Below are positions 9,393 to 17,279 of a stretch of DNA of 64,000 nt, one piece after another. Made by a program: the position numbers and the translations under genes. The first letter of the stretch is position 1, and each line of letters begins with the position of its first letter. The notes under the pieces were generated by a model that made no database searches, was not told where the DNA came from, and saw only the letters and a program-made list of their open reading frames with translations. Location of the stretch: positions 3,066 through 67,065 of the forward strand of contig JAFSJN010000005.1 of the NCBI GenBank assembly GCA_017439235.1. The letters run 5' to 3'. The stretch comes from Paludibacteraceae bacterium. GTDB taxonomy: Bacteria; Bacteroidota; Bacteroidia; Bacteroidales; Paludibacteraceae.

Positions 9393-11396
9393 ATGAAACG
9401 AATTCTTTACTTTGCAACTATGGCTCTTATGGCAGTCGCTTGCACCCACCAACCTCTCGGCATCGGTGTTCGTCCCGAGAACTTAGATACTACTGTTGCC
9501 CCCAGTCAGGACTTTTATGCATTCGCTTGCGGCGGATGGATGAAGAATAATCCCTTACCGGACGAGTATAGCCGCTTTGGCTCGTTCGACCAGTTGGCTC
9601 TCAATAATATGGAGCAGGTCAATGGTCTGATTACCGACTTGGCCGCAGAGACTAACGAGCACGGCTCGGTAGCGCAAAAGATAGGTGATCTCTATAACCT
9701 CTGTATGGATACCGCACGTCGCAATCTGGAAGGCGTACAACCTGTGTGGCCTACTATCAGCGAGGTACATGCTATCTCTGATCGCAGTCAACTGAGTGCT
9801 GCTCTCGGTCGTGCTATGGAGTACGGCTTATGGGCATTGTATGTCGAGGCGGACGCTATGAACTCGTCGATGAATATCCTCAACGAGGCACAGGCCGGAT
9901 ATGCGTTGGGCGAGCGTGATTATTATCTGGATAATGACGACCACTCACGTATGATTCGTAAGGAGTATTTGAAACATATCGAACGTATGTTTGCTCTCTT
10001 CGGTTATACCGATGGTGCCGACCGCGCCAAGACGATTCTGCGTATGGAAACCCGTTTGGCTAAGGCTGCCCTGTCGAATGTCGAACTGCGTGACCCGCAG
10101 AAGAACTACAATAAGATGTCCATTGCCGAGCTGCAGACGTTAGTGCCGCAAGTGGATTGGAAAGCCTATATGCAGGCTATGGGCATTGCAACTGACAGTA
10201 TCTCAGTAGGTCAGGTGGCTCACCTGCAAGAGGCGGGTAAGATGTTAGAAGACGAAGATTTGGAAGACCTCAAGACGCTGTTCTTGTGGCAAGTCATCGA
10301 TGGTGCCGCCGACTATCTGACGGATGAGATATTCATGCAGAACTTCCATTTTTATGGTGAGATCATGAGTGGCAGCAAGGAGCCGAGACAGTTGTGGAAG
10401 CGTGCCGTAGGTATCGTTAACGGTTCGCTGGGCGAGGCTGTCGGTCAGATGTATGTCAAGAAATATTTCCCCGAGGAGAATAAACAACGCATGCTCCGTC
10501 TGGTGCGCAACTTGCAGACGACCTTAGGGGAGCGCATCCAAGCCGTAGATTGGATGTCGGATACGACTAAGGCTAAAGCGCTGGAGAAACTGCAAGCCTT
10601 CACCATCAAGATCGGTTATCCTGATACCTGGCGCGACTATACGGCCTTGGATATCGATCCGGCCATCAGTTTCTACGAGAACCTGATGCGTTCGGCTCGC
10701 TTTGAGCAGGAGTATAGTCTCAGTTTCCTGGATAAGCCTGTGGATAAGTCCAAGTGGTATATGACTCCGCAGACGGTGAATGCCTATTACAATCCTTCCA
10801 GCAATGAGATTTGCTTCCCCGCCGGCATATTGCAATATCCGTTCTTTGACATGAGTGCCGACGATGCCTTTAACTACGGAGCTATTGGCGTAGTCATCGG
10901 TCACGAGATGACGCATGGCTTTGATGACCAAGGTTGTCAGTTTGATAAGGACGGTAACCTGCGTAACTGGTGGACCGACGAAGATAGGGTTCGCTTTGAG
11001 GAGCGCACCAAGGTGATGGAAGAGTATTTCGATGCTATCGAAGTGGCTCCCGGTGTGCATGCTAACGGCGCCTTCACCTTAGGTGAGAATATCGCCGACC
11101 ACGGTGGTCTGCAGGTGTCCTATCAGGCGTTCAGTAAGATTAAGGATACTAACTGCCGGAGAGAAGGTGAAGCCTATACGCCCGAACAGCGTTTCTTCCT
11201 TAGTTATGCTAATGTATGGGCAGGCAATATACGTGATGCCGAAGTGCTGCGTCGCACCAAGTCGGATCCTCACTCGTTGGGTCGCTGGCGTGTCAATGGT
11301 GCCCTGCCGCATATAGCAGCTTGGTACGAGGCTTGGGGTATAGATGAGTCGTCACCCTTATACGTGGCGCCGGAGAAACGAGTACATATCTGGTAA
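9393..11396 (+). CDS. M13 family metallopeptidase (PepO / endothelin-converting-enzyme-like), lipoprotein
   Basis: 667 aa. Signal plus lipobox MALMAVAC, NAYY, the zinc motif VIGHEMTHGFD, and GENIADHGG. Confidence 0.92.
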   Translation: MKRILYFATMALMAVACTHQPLGIGVRPENLDTTVAPSQDFYAFACGGWMKNNPLPDEYSRFGSFDQLALNNMEQVNGLITDLAAETNEHGSVAQKIGDLYNLCMDTARRNLEGVQPVWPTISEVHAISDRSQLSAALGRAMEYGLWALYVEADAMNSSMNILNEAQAGYALGERDYYLDNDDHSRMIRKEYLKHIERMFALFGYTDGADRAKTILRMETRLAKAALSNVELRDPQKNYNKMSIAELQTLVPQVDWKAYMQAMGIATDSISVGQVAHLQEAGKMLEDEDLEDLKTLFLWQVIDGAADYLTDEIFMQNFHFYGEIMSGSKEPRQLWKRAVGIVNGSLGEAVGQMYVKKYFPEENKQRMLRLVRNLQTTLGERIQAVDWMSDTTKAKALEKLQAFTIKIGYPDTWRDYTALDIDPAISFYENLMRSARFEQEYSLSFLDKPVDKSKWYMTPQTVNAYYNPSSNEICFPAGILQYPFFDMSADDAFNYGAIGVVIGHEMTHGFDDQGCQFDKDGNLRNWWTDEDRVRFEERTKVMEEYFDAIEVAPGVHANGAFTLGENIADHGGLQVSYQAFSKIKDTNCRREGEAYTPEQRFFLSYANVWAGNIRDAEVLRRTKSDPHSLGRWRVNGALPHIAAWYEAWGIDESSPLYVAPEKRVHIW

Positions 11397-11397
11397 A

Positions 11398-12399
11398 CTA
11401 TTCCGTGCAATTGCTGCACATGCTTATTCCGCTGCGATGGTTCATCACCTCGCGGCGGAATTCTTTTGCTCGCTCGCTATTCCAAATCTCGCGTAGCGAC
11501 TGTTGCCGGATATTGCCTAAGATATATTTCCCCTCTTTATCGAAGCAGCAGGGGCGCACATTACCTTCTACATCGATGACGCAGCCGGTCCATAGGCGAT
11601 GACACACGGCGCGGCGGGACGGATGGAGGCGGTTCTTAGGATGATAGAGGCCGTCGGCGCCTACGATATAACGACTATATCTTGGATCGGAGGGCATCAG
11701 CGGGTGACCATTTTCGTAGTCGTATAGTTGTGCCGTCTTGAAGGTCAGACTGTCGGCTCCCATCTTGCGGTAGGTGCGGCGCATCATTGCCCATTCGTGT
11801 TCGTTGCTCTTGAGGCGCAGACATTGCAATTCGATGTGTGTGCGGGCGTGCAGTTCTTCTTTAGCTTGGCGCAGCATCGTCAGTCCTTCTAACGCTTTAT
11901 GCAGACTGCCGCCGATGCGGTATTGCTGATAACTATCCTCACTCATGCCGTCGATGGATACGATAAGGCGGTTCAAGCCGCTCTCCATCAGTCGTCGGGC
12001 TAAGATAGGCGTGACGGCTAAGGCGTTGGTGGAGACAATAGTATAGATACGCGCACGACGTGCGCAGGTTATCAGGTCGGGTAGGTGAGGATGGAGTAAG
12101 GGCTCGCCCTGAAAGAAGAGCTGTATCGTGTCGACTTGTCCTTCTATCTGGCGTACTATCTCCTGCATATCTTCGATGCTCAGCAGTCGTGTGGGACGAG
12201 TGTCGCCGGCTTTGTTGCGCAGGCCTACCAGACACTCCGGGCAGCGCAGTTGACAGCGATTAACGGGCTCGATGCTCACGAAGGAAGGCATCAGCGGATG
12301 GCGCTCTATTCCCATACGGGACAGCGCGTAGTACCATTCGTTGCGAAGGCGGTTACAGAGGGATTTTGTTGATACGGCGCTCATGACGACCACCCTCAA
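11398..12399 (-). CDS. Radical SAM / SPASM-domain protein
   Basis: CQLRCPEC (CxxxCxxC) lies near the N-terminus. The C-terminus is Cys-rich (CHRLWTGC, RPCCFD, CSNC), consistent with SPASM/twitch auxiliary clusters. The start is uncertain: 12399 and 12384 overlap rpiB, and ATG 12315 (MGIERH) would not. Confidence 0.8.
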   Translation of the reverse strand: MRVVVMSAVSTKSLCNRLRNEWYYALSRMGIERHPLMPSFVSIEPVNRCQLRCPECLVGLRNKAGDTRPTRLLSIEDMQEIVRQIEGQVDTIQLFFQGEPLLHPHLPDLITCARRARIYTIVSTNALAVTPILARRLMESGLNRLIVSIDGMSEDSYQQYRIGGSLHKALEGLTMLRQAKEELHARTHIELQCLRLKSNEHEWAMMRRTYRKMGADSLTFKTAQLYDYENGHPLMPSDPRYSRYIVGADGLYHPKNRLHPSRRAVCHRLWTGCVIDVEGNVRPCCFDKEGKYILGNIRQQSLREIWNSERAKEFRREVMNHRSGISMCSNCTE

Positions 12400-12799
12400 A
12401 ATCGGTGCTGAAGAATATCTGTACCAATTCTATGGCTTTCTCGCGGGAGATAAAGTTGGCCGGCAGGCCCAAGACGTTAGCATTGTTGTGCTGGCGTGCC
12501 AGGCGTGCTAAGTCGTTGTCCCAACATAGTGCTGCGCGTATGCCTTGGTGTTTATTGGCGGTCATGCAGATACCGTTACCGGTGGAGCAGATAGTGATAC
12601 CGAAATCATATTCTCCCTTCTCTACGGCTGCGGCCATAGGATGGGCGAAGTCGGGATAGTCGCAACTGTTGGTACTGTAGCATCCGAAGTCGTGTGTGGT
12701 TGCTCCTTGATCCGTCAGGTAAGCTATAACATCTTGTTTGAGTGCATAGCCGGCGTGATCGCTGGCTAAGGCAATGCGGAGTTCAGATAATGCTTTCAT
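12353..12799 (-). CDS. rpiB: Ribose-5-phosphate isomerase B
   Basis: 148 aa. IALASDHAGYALK and CSTGNGICMTANK match the RpiB/LacAB family. Confidence 0.93.
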   Translation of the reverse strand: MKALSELRIALASDHAGYALKQDVIAYLTDQGATTHDFGCYSTNSCDYPDFAHPMAAAVEKGEYDFGITICSTGNGICMTANKHQGIRAALCWDNDLARLARQHNNANVLGLPANFISREKAIELVQIFFSTDFEGGRHERRINKIPL

Positions 12800-12803
12800 A
12801 GTG

Positions 12804-13394
12804 TCAGAAGATAAGAGCTAAGTTGCCAAATATCAGTTTTACGGCTATGGCTAATACGATAATGCCGAAGAACTTACGAATGATGTATAGCGAAGTCTGT
12901 CCCAGATAACGGGTGAGCCAGTGGGTGCCGATGAGTACCAAATAGAGCACCAGTATACTGAGTATCAGGGCTACAATCATGTTGAGGGTACTATATTCTG
13001 CCGTCATGGACAGTACGGCGGTGAAGGCACCCGGTCCGGCGTACATAGGGAAGGCTAAGGGTACTATACTGCCTTCGCCGTCTAAGGTGTCGTTCTTGAA
13101 GATAGTGATGTCCAAAATCATCTCCAAAGCCATCAGGAAGATGACGAATCCTCCGGCTATGGCGAAGTATTCTATTTTTACGTCAAAGAGTTTGAGGACC
13201 CATTCTCCCAGCAGCAGGAAGGTGATGAGTATGATGATACTGGCCAGGCATACGCGTAACGGGTGTATCTTAGTGCCATTTCGTTCCAGGTTGATGGTCA
13301 CCGGGATATTTCCCAGCGGGTCGATAATAGCAATCAGGAATACAAATGCCGGCAGTATCTGCCAAATGTCCAATGTCCCAAGAAATTCTTTCAT
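12804..13394 (-). CDS. MarC family (UPF0056) integral membrane protein
   Basis: 196 aa with six predicted TM segments. IDPLGNIP near the N-terminus is the MarC signature. Confidence 0.85.
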   Translation of the reverse strand: MKEFLGTLDIWQILPAFVFLIAIIDPLGNIPVTINLERNGTKIHPLRVCLASIIILITFLLLGEWVLKLFDVKIEYFAIAGGFVIFLMALEMILDITIFKNDTLDGEGSIVPLAFPMYAGPGAFTAVLSMTAEYSTLNMIVALILSILVLYLVLIGTHWLTRYLGQTSLYIIRKFFGIIVLAIAVKLIFGNLALIF

Positions 13395-13432
13395 GATATA
13401 GTGTTATTATGGTGTCTCAATTAAAGCGACTG

Positions 13433-13464
13433 CAAAGGTACAACAAAAATTGCACATACGCAAA
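13433..13464 (-). promoter_or_regulatory. Promoter for the marC-rpiB-radical SAM gene string
   Basis: caaaggta at 13433-13440 and caaa at 13461-13464, 20-nt spacer. The extended -33 region reads aaaaatttgcgtatgtgc on the minus strand. Confidence 0.7.
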
Positions 13465-13526
13465 TTTTTCAGTGTGTTTTTGGCGTAGCAGAATGATATT
13501 CTGCGATTATCGTCAGCTATAAGGCT

Positions 13527-13817
13527 ATGCAGATAGCGTATATATATGCGTGGCATCCATTCTTCGTTGTTGCCAGTGACGGTACGCCGTATATATTGAT
13601 GAACAACGGCAATAAGAACTTGGCAGAACCGCAGTATCTGCCGTTGGGCGATCTGGCAAGCTTCAAGAGCGGCGCACAATTCGCACTGGAAGACCTGAAT
13701 AACGACGGTTATCTAGACATTATCTCTTCGCAGAATGATGTCAACGACCTCCTGACTCCGGGAACGGAAGGATTATATGTATGGTACATGGGTGCTAACG
13801 GCGCCATGGTGCGATAA
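13527..13817 (+). pseudogene. Possible gene remnant: C-terminal FG-GAP/VCBS-repeat-like fragment (96-aa ORF)
   Basis: ALEDLNNDGYLDIISS resembles an FG-GAP/VCBS calcium-binding repeat. There is no signal peptide and no TTTG/TAnnTTTG promoter upstream, and an in-frame stop lies 30 nt before the ATG. A good terminator follows. Confidence 0.35.
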
Positions 13818-13840
13818 TTCGTTAAGCTGATAAATAGGGA

Positions 13841-13868
13841 AAAAGTGCTCTTCGGGGCACTTTTTTTT
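13841..13868 (+). terminator. Rho-independent terminator
   Basis: GTGCTC-TTCG-GGGCAC hairpin (13845-13860, UUCG tetraloop) followed by T8. Confidence 0.8.
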
Positions 13869-13897
13869 GCATATATGCAAAATATTTTGTACCTTTG
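13866..13897 (+). promoter_or_regulatory. Orphan consensus promoter with no downstream plus-strand gene
   Basis: TTTG at 13866-13869 and TACCTTTG at 13890-13897, 20-nt spacer, as good as the ssrA and ompA promoters. The next ~90 nt have no ATG and run head-on into tRNA-Asn. Confidence 0.55.
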
Positions 13898-13952
13898 CCG
13901 GCAAATTGGATCCTTGACAGGTTGGAAGGAGTGGGGACGGGGAGAAAGGTGT

Positions 13953-13986
13953 TGAAAAACAAAGAGAGCTTCCGAAGAAACTCTCT
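13953..13986 (-). terminator. Rho-independent terminator of tRNA-Asn
   Basis: On the minus strand, AGAGAGTTTC-TTCG-GAAGCTCTCT (10 bp, UUCG loop) is followed by TTGTTTTT. On the plus strand the G-U pair becomes a C-A mismatch and no U-run follows. Confidence 0.8.
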
Positions 13987-13989
13987 CTG

Positions 13990-14063
13990 CGCTCCCTCTA
14001 GGACTTGAACCTAGGACCCCCTGATTAACAGTCAGATGCTCTAACCGACTGAGCTAAGGAAGC
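13990..14063 (-). tRNA. tRNA-Asn (GUU)
   Basis: The reverse complement GCTTCCTTAGCTCAGTCGGTTAGAGCATCTGACTGTTAATCAGGGGGTCCTAGGTTCAAGTCCTAGAGGGAGCG is a 74-nt cloverleaf with anticodon loop CTGTTAA. Confidence 0.93.
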
Positions 14064-14087
14064 ATGCTTTTTTGCGAAAAGCGGGTG

Positions 14088-14119
14088 CAAAGGTACTGCT
14101 TTTTTTTGATATGACCAAA
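14088..14119 (-). promoter_or_regulatory. Promoter for tRNA-Asn
   Basis: caaaggta at 14088-14095 and caaa at 14116-14119, 20-nt spacer. About 30 nt (aaaagcgggtgcaaaggtactgcttttttttga) are nearly identical to the tRNA(CAU) promoter at 2389-2422. Confidence 0.7.
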
Positions 14120-14159
14120 TTTTTTTGAGAAAAAATACAAAAAAACTGATTTTTTAATC

Positions 14160-15158
14160 ATGAAAAAGGTTTTAGGGCTCGGAAATGCACTTACAGATGT
14201 GCTTTTACAGGTCTCCGAAGATGAGTTGCGCGAACTCGGATTACCCAAGGGTAGCATGAATCTCATCAATATGGAGCAGGCAGAAGAAATCCAACGTCAT
14301 TTTATCTCCGTACGCACGCGTATGGTGGCCGGAGGAAGTGCCAGTAACACCATCACTACCATCACCCAGTTGGGCGGCAAGGCGGCCTTTATCGGTAAGA
14401 TAGGTAATGACGAGGTTGGCGACTTCTACCGCGAGGACCTGATAAAGAACGGCGTCAAGCCCCTGCTGCTGCAATCGGAGAAGATGTCCGGCTGCTCCAT
14501 CGTATTGATTACCCCTGACGGCGAACGCACCTTTGCTACATACTTAGGCGCAGCCGCCGACATGCACGCGGACGATATACGTAAGGAAGCCTTTATCGGT
14601 TACGACATCTTCCATATAGAAGGTTACATGCTCCAGGACCACGAATTGATAGAGAACGCCATCCGCATGGCTAAAGAAGCCGGGTGTATGATATCGTTAG
14701 ACCTGGCATCGTATAACGTAGTCAACGAGAACCACCTGTTCCTGAAAGGACTGATACGGCAATACGTAGATATCGTCTTTGCCAACGAGGACGAGTCGTT
14801 CGCCTATACCCACCTCAATGCCGAAGAGTCGGTGAACAAGATTGCCCAACAATGCGACATAGCCGTAGTCAAAGTAGGTAAACGCGGCAGTTATGTGCAA
14901 CAGGGCGACAAGATGCACCATATAGGCGCTATCACCACTTCGTGTACTGACTCGACAGGTGCGGGTGACCTATACGCCGGTGGATTCCTGCATGCGCTGA
15001 GTGACGGCTTCGATATCCGCCGCTGTGCCGAGATAGGTACGATAGCCGCCGGACGCGTGGTAGAGATTATCGGTACCAAACTGAGTGAAGAGACCTGGGA
15101 AGAGATACGCCGTATATGCGCTATGTACCGCGGCTTTATGCTTAAATACACCGTATGA
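14160..15158 (+). CDS. PfkB-family carbohydrate/nucleoside kinase (adenosine kinase-like)
   Basis: 332 aa. GGSASN near the N-terminus and the C-terminal DSTGAGDLYAGGFL PfkB signature. Confidence 0.88.
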   Translation: MKKVLGLGNALTDVLLQVSEDELRELGLPKGSMNLINMEQAEEIQRHFISVRTRMVAGGSASNTITTITQLGGKAAFIGKIGNDEVGDFYREDLIKNGVKPLLLQSEKMSGCSIVLITPDGERTFATYLGAAADMHADDIRKEAFIGYDIFHIEGYMLQDHELIENAIRMAKEAGCMISLDLASYNVVNENHLFLKGLIRQYVDIVFANEDESFAYTHLNAEESVNKIAQQCDIAVVKVGKRGSYVQQGDKMHHIGAITTSCTDSTGAGDLYAGGFLHALSDGFDIRRCAEIGTIAAGRVVEIIGTKLSEETWEEIRRICAMYRGFMLKYTV

Positions 15159-15877
15159 GAACGCTCGTCAATATCTTCAAGGGCATATACCAATATGTCA
15201 TCTTCTTTCCCGTGATGTGGCTCACCACCACCATTACGGCGCTTATCACCATACTCTTCTTCCCGTGGAAGAACGCCTACTGGATTAACCGCGTACAAGC
15301 TTATTGGGCTCGTCTGTATTGCTGGTGCTGGGCTATTCCGGTGAGCATATCGGGTGAGGAACATATCCGCAAAGGGCAGTCGTATGTCTTTGTCGCCAAT
15401 CACCAATCGGCGTGGGACGTGTTCTTAGTATACGGCTGGTTGCCGGTTATCTTCAAATGGATGCTCAAGAAAGAGTTGCGCCGTATACCCGTTATCGGTA
15501 CCGCCTGCGTGGCCTGCGGACACATCTTTGTCGACCGACGCCACCTCAAAGCCGCTGTGGCCAGTCTGAAAGCCGTGGAGAAAGAACTGCATGACGGTAT
15601 CAGCACCGTTATCTTCCCCGAAGGTACTCGCACCGAAGACGGCTCGGTAGGACGTTTCAAACGCGGCGCCTTCCAGATAGCTATGGACCTCAAACTGCCG
15701 GTTATACCCCTGTCGATAAGCGGATGTTATGAGGTGTATCCCAAACACCGACATCTTATCTCCCGCCATCCTATCCACCTGCACATAGGCGAAGAGATTG
15801 ACCTCTCGCAGTTTGCTACTACCGAAGAGGCCATGGACTACGTACGCGAAAAAATGATAGAACATGTGCATGCGTAG
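15155..15877 (+). CDS. plsC: 1-acyl-sn-glycerol-3-phosphate acyltransferase
   Basis: 240 aa. NHQSAWD (HX4D) and FPEGTR motifs. ATGA overlap with the kinase gene. Confidence 0.9.
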   Translation: MRTLVNIFKGIYQYVIFFPVMWLTTTITALITILFFPWKNAYWINRVQAYWARLYCWCWAIPVSISGEEHIRKGQSYVFVANHQSAWDVFLVYGWLPVIFKWMLKKELRRIPVIGTACVACGHIFVDRRHLKAAVASLKAVEKELHDGISTVIFPEGTRTEDGSVGRFKRGAFQIAMDLKLPVIPLSISGCYEVYPKHRHLISRHPIHLHIGEEIDLSQFATTEEAMDYVREKMIEHVHA

Positions 15878-17279
15878 GTTATTTCTGCTCTTAGGTATAT
15901 GGGGTGTCTTATGGGCGTATGCTGCGCCGATAGACCGTCTGACTGAAAATCCCGCTACCACGTGGGCCAATATAGGTGTATATATCAAAAACCTCACTAC
16001 CGGTGAGGTCATCGACTCGTACCGTAGTCGTAATCTTATCCCGCCGGCCTCGACGATGAAACTGTTTTCTACGGCTACCGCCTTGGAGTCGTTAGGCGCC
16101 TCGGCGCGTTATCCGACTATTATAGCCTACAGCGGCTATATCCGCGAGGGTGTGCTGCACGGCGACCTCTACATACGCGGCTATGGAGACCCGACATTGG
16201 GTAATCTGAATAGCGGTACTAACTTCCTCTATCATTGGTCGAACGCCGTACGCAAAGCCGGCATTCGCACCATCACCGGTTCCGTTATCGGCGATGCTTC
16301 CTACTACGACGGCGATGCCCTTAATCCCGGATGGATTTGGGAAGATGTGGGTAACTACTACGCCCCCGGTATCTTTGCTATCGCCTATATGGACAATACC
16401 TGTCATGTGCAACTGCGTAGCGGACCGGTAGGCAGTGTGGCTACGGTCATCAAGACCCTGCCCGACATACCCGGACTGACATTCGAGAATCATATCCGAT
16501 GCACCGAGATAGACTATGACGGAGCGTTTGTGCACGGCCTGCCCTACCAAAACTGCCGTTATCTGACCGGTAGTGTGCCTTCTAACAGAGGTATATTCGG
16601 TGTACAGGGCGACATACCCAATCCGCCGCTCTTGTTGGCGCAACACTTCACGGCACGCCTGTTGGCCGACGGCGTAGAGGTGCAGGGTGCACCGCGTTAC
16701 CTGAGCGAGAGCGATAATCGGCCGACGACGCAACTCTATACCCATTATTCGGACACCTTAGGCTCTATTATCGCCGAGACCAATATGCGGAGTATCAACC
16801 TCTATGCCGAGATGATCTTCCGTAACTTAGGTGCCCGTCGCGGTCTGCCGTGCACTATCCACAATGCTGCCGAGATAGTGAGAGACTTCTGGCACAACAG
16901 AGGTGTCGACTTGCGCACGGCACAGATATTAGACGGCTGCGGCCTGGCTCCGCAAGATGCTATCAGTGCCGAGCACTTTGTCAACCTGCTGGAATATATG
17001 AACCGCAGCGCCAACCGCGAGGTCTTTGAGGCGTCGCTACCGGTGAGCGGAGTAAGCGGGACACTCAAATTCGTCCTGGCGGGCACCGAACTGCAGGGCC
17101 GCGTACATGCTAAATCGGGCACCATCAAAGGTACCAAGAACTACGCCGGCTATATCCTTATGCCCAATGGTGACCGCTGGGCTTTTGCCGTTCTCGTCAA
17201 CTCGGCTACCGGCAAACAACGGCAGATACAACGCGCTATAGAACAGTACCTATTGGATGTATATCAGGCAAACAAATAG
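15864..17279 (+). CDS. dacB: D-alanyl-D-alanine carboxypeptidase/endopeptidase (PBP4, peptidase S13)
   Basis: 471 aa. Signal peptide, PASTMKL (SxxK) and KSGT motifs. Confidence 0.9.
   Translation: MCMRRLFLLLGIWGVLWAYAAPIDRLTENPATTWANIGVYIKNLTTGEVIDSYRSRNLIPPASTMKLFSTATALESLGASARYPTIIAYSGYIREGVLHGDLYIRGYGDPTLGNLNSGTNFLYHWSNAVRKAGIRTITGSVIGDASYYDGDALNPGWIWEDVGNYYAPGIFAIAYMDNTCHVQLRSGPVGSVATVIKTLPDIPGLTFENHIRCTEIDYDGAFVHGLPYQNCRYLTGSVPSNRGIFGVQGDIPNPPLLLAQHFTARLLADGVEVQGAPRYLSESDNRPTTQLYTHYSDTLGSIIAETNMRSINLYAEMIFRNLGARRGLPCTIHNAAEIVRDFWHNRGVDLRTAQILDGCGLAPQDAISAEHFVNLLEYMNRSANREVFEASLPVSGVSGTLKFVLAGTELQGRVHAKSGTIKGTKNYAGYILMPNGDRWAFAVLVNSATGKQRQIQRAIEQYLLDVYQANK

Noticed and set aside
13903-13950. 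GACAGGTTGGAAGGAG downstream of the orphan promoter, which recalls the SRP (4.5S) RNA domain IV motif CAGGUCCGGAAGGAAGCAG
   Set aside because: I could not fold the flanks into the long hairpin required for 4.5S RNA. The 5' and 3' arms are not complementary and the conserved symmetric-loop sequence is incomplete.
13395-13989. The gap downstream of the tRNA-Asn 3' end, considered as a scar of an integrated element
   Set aside because: It contains no integrase and no direct repeat of the tRNA 3' end that I could find, and it is only ~600 bp long. I kept the narrower observations (gene remnant and orphan promoter) as separate findings.
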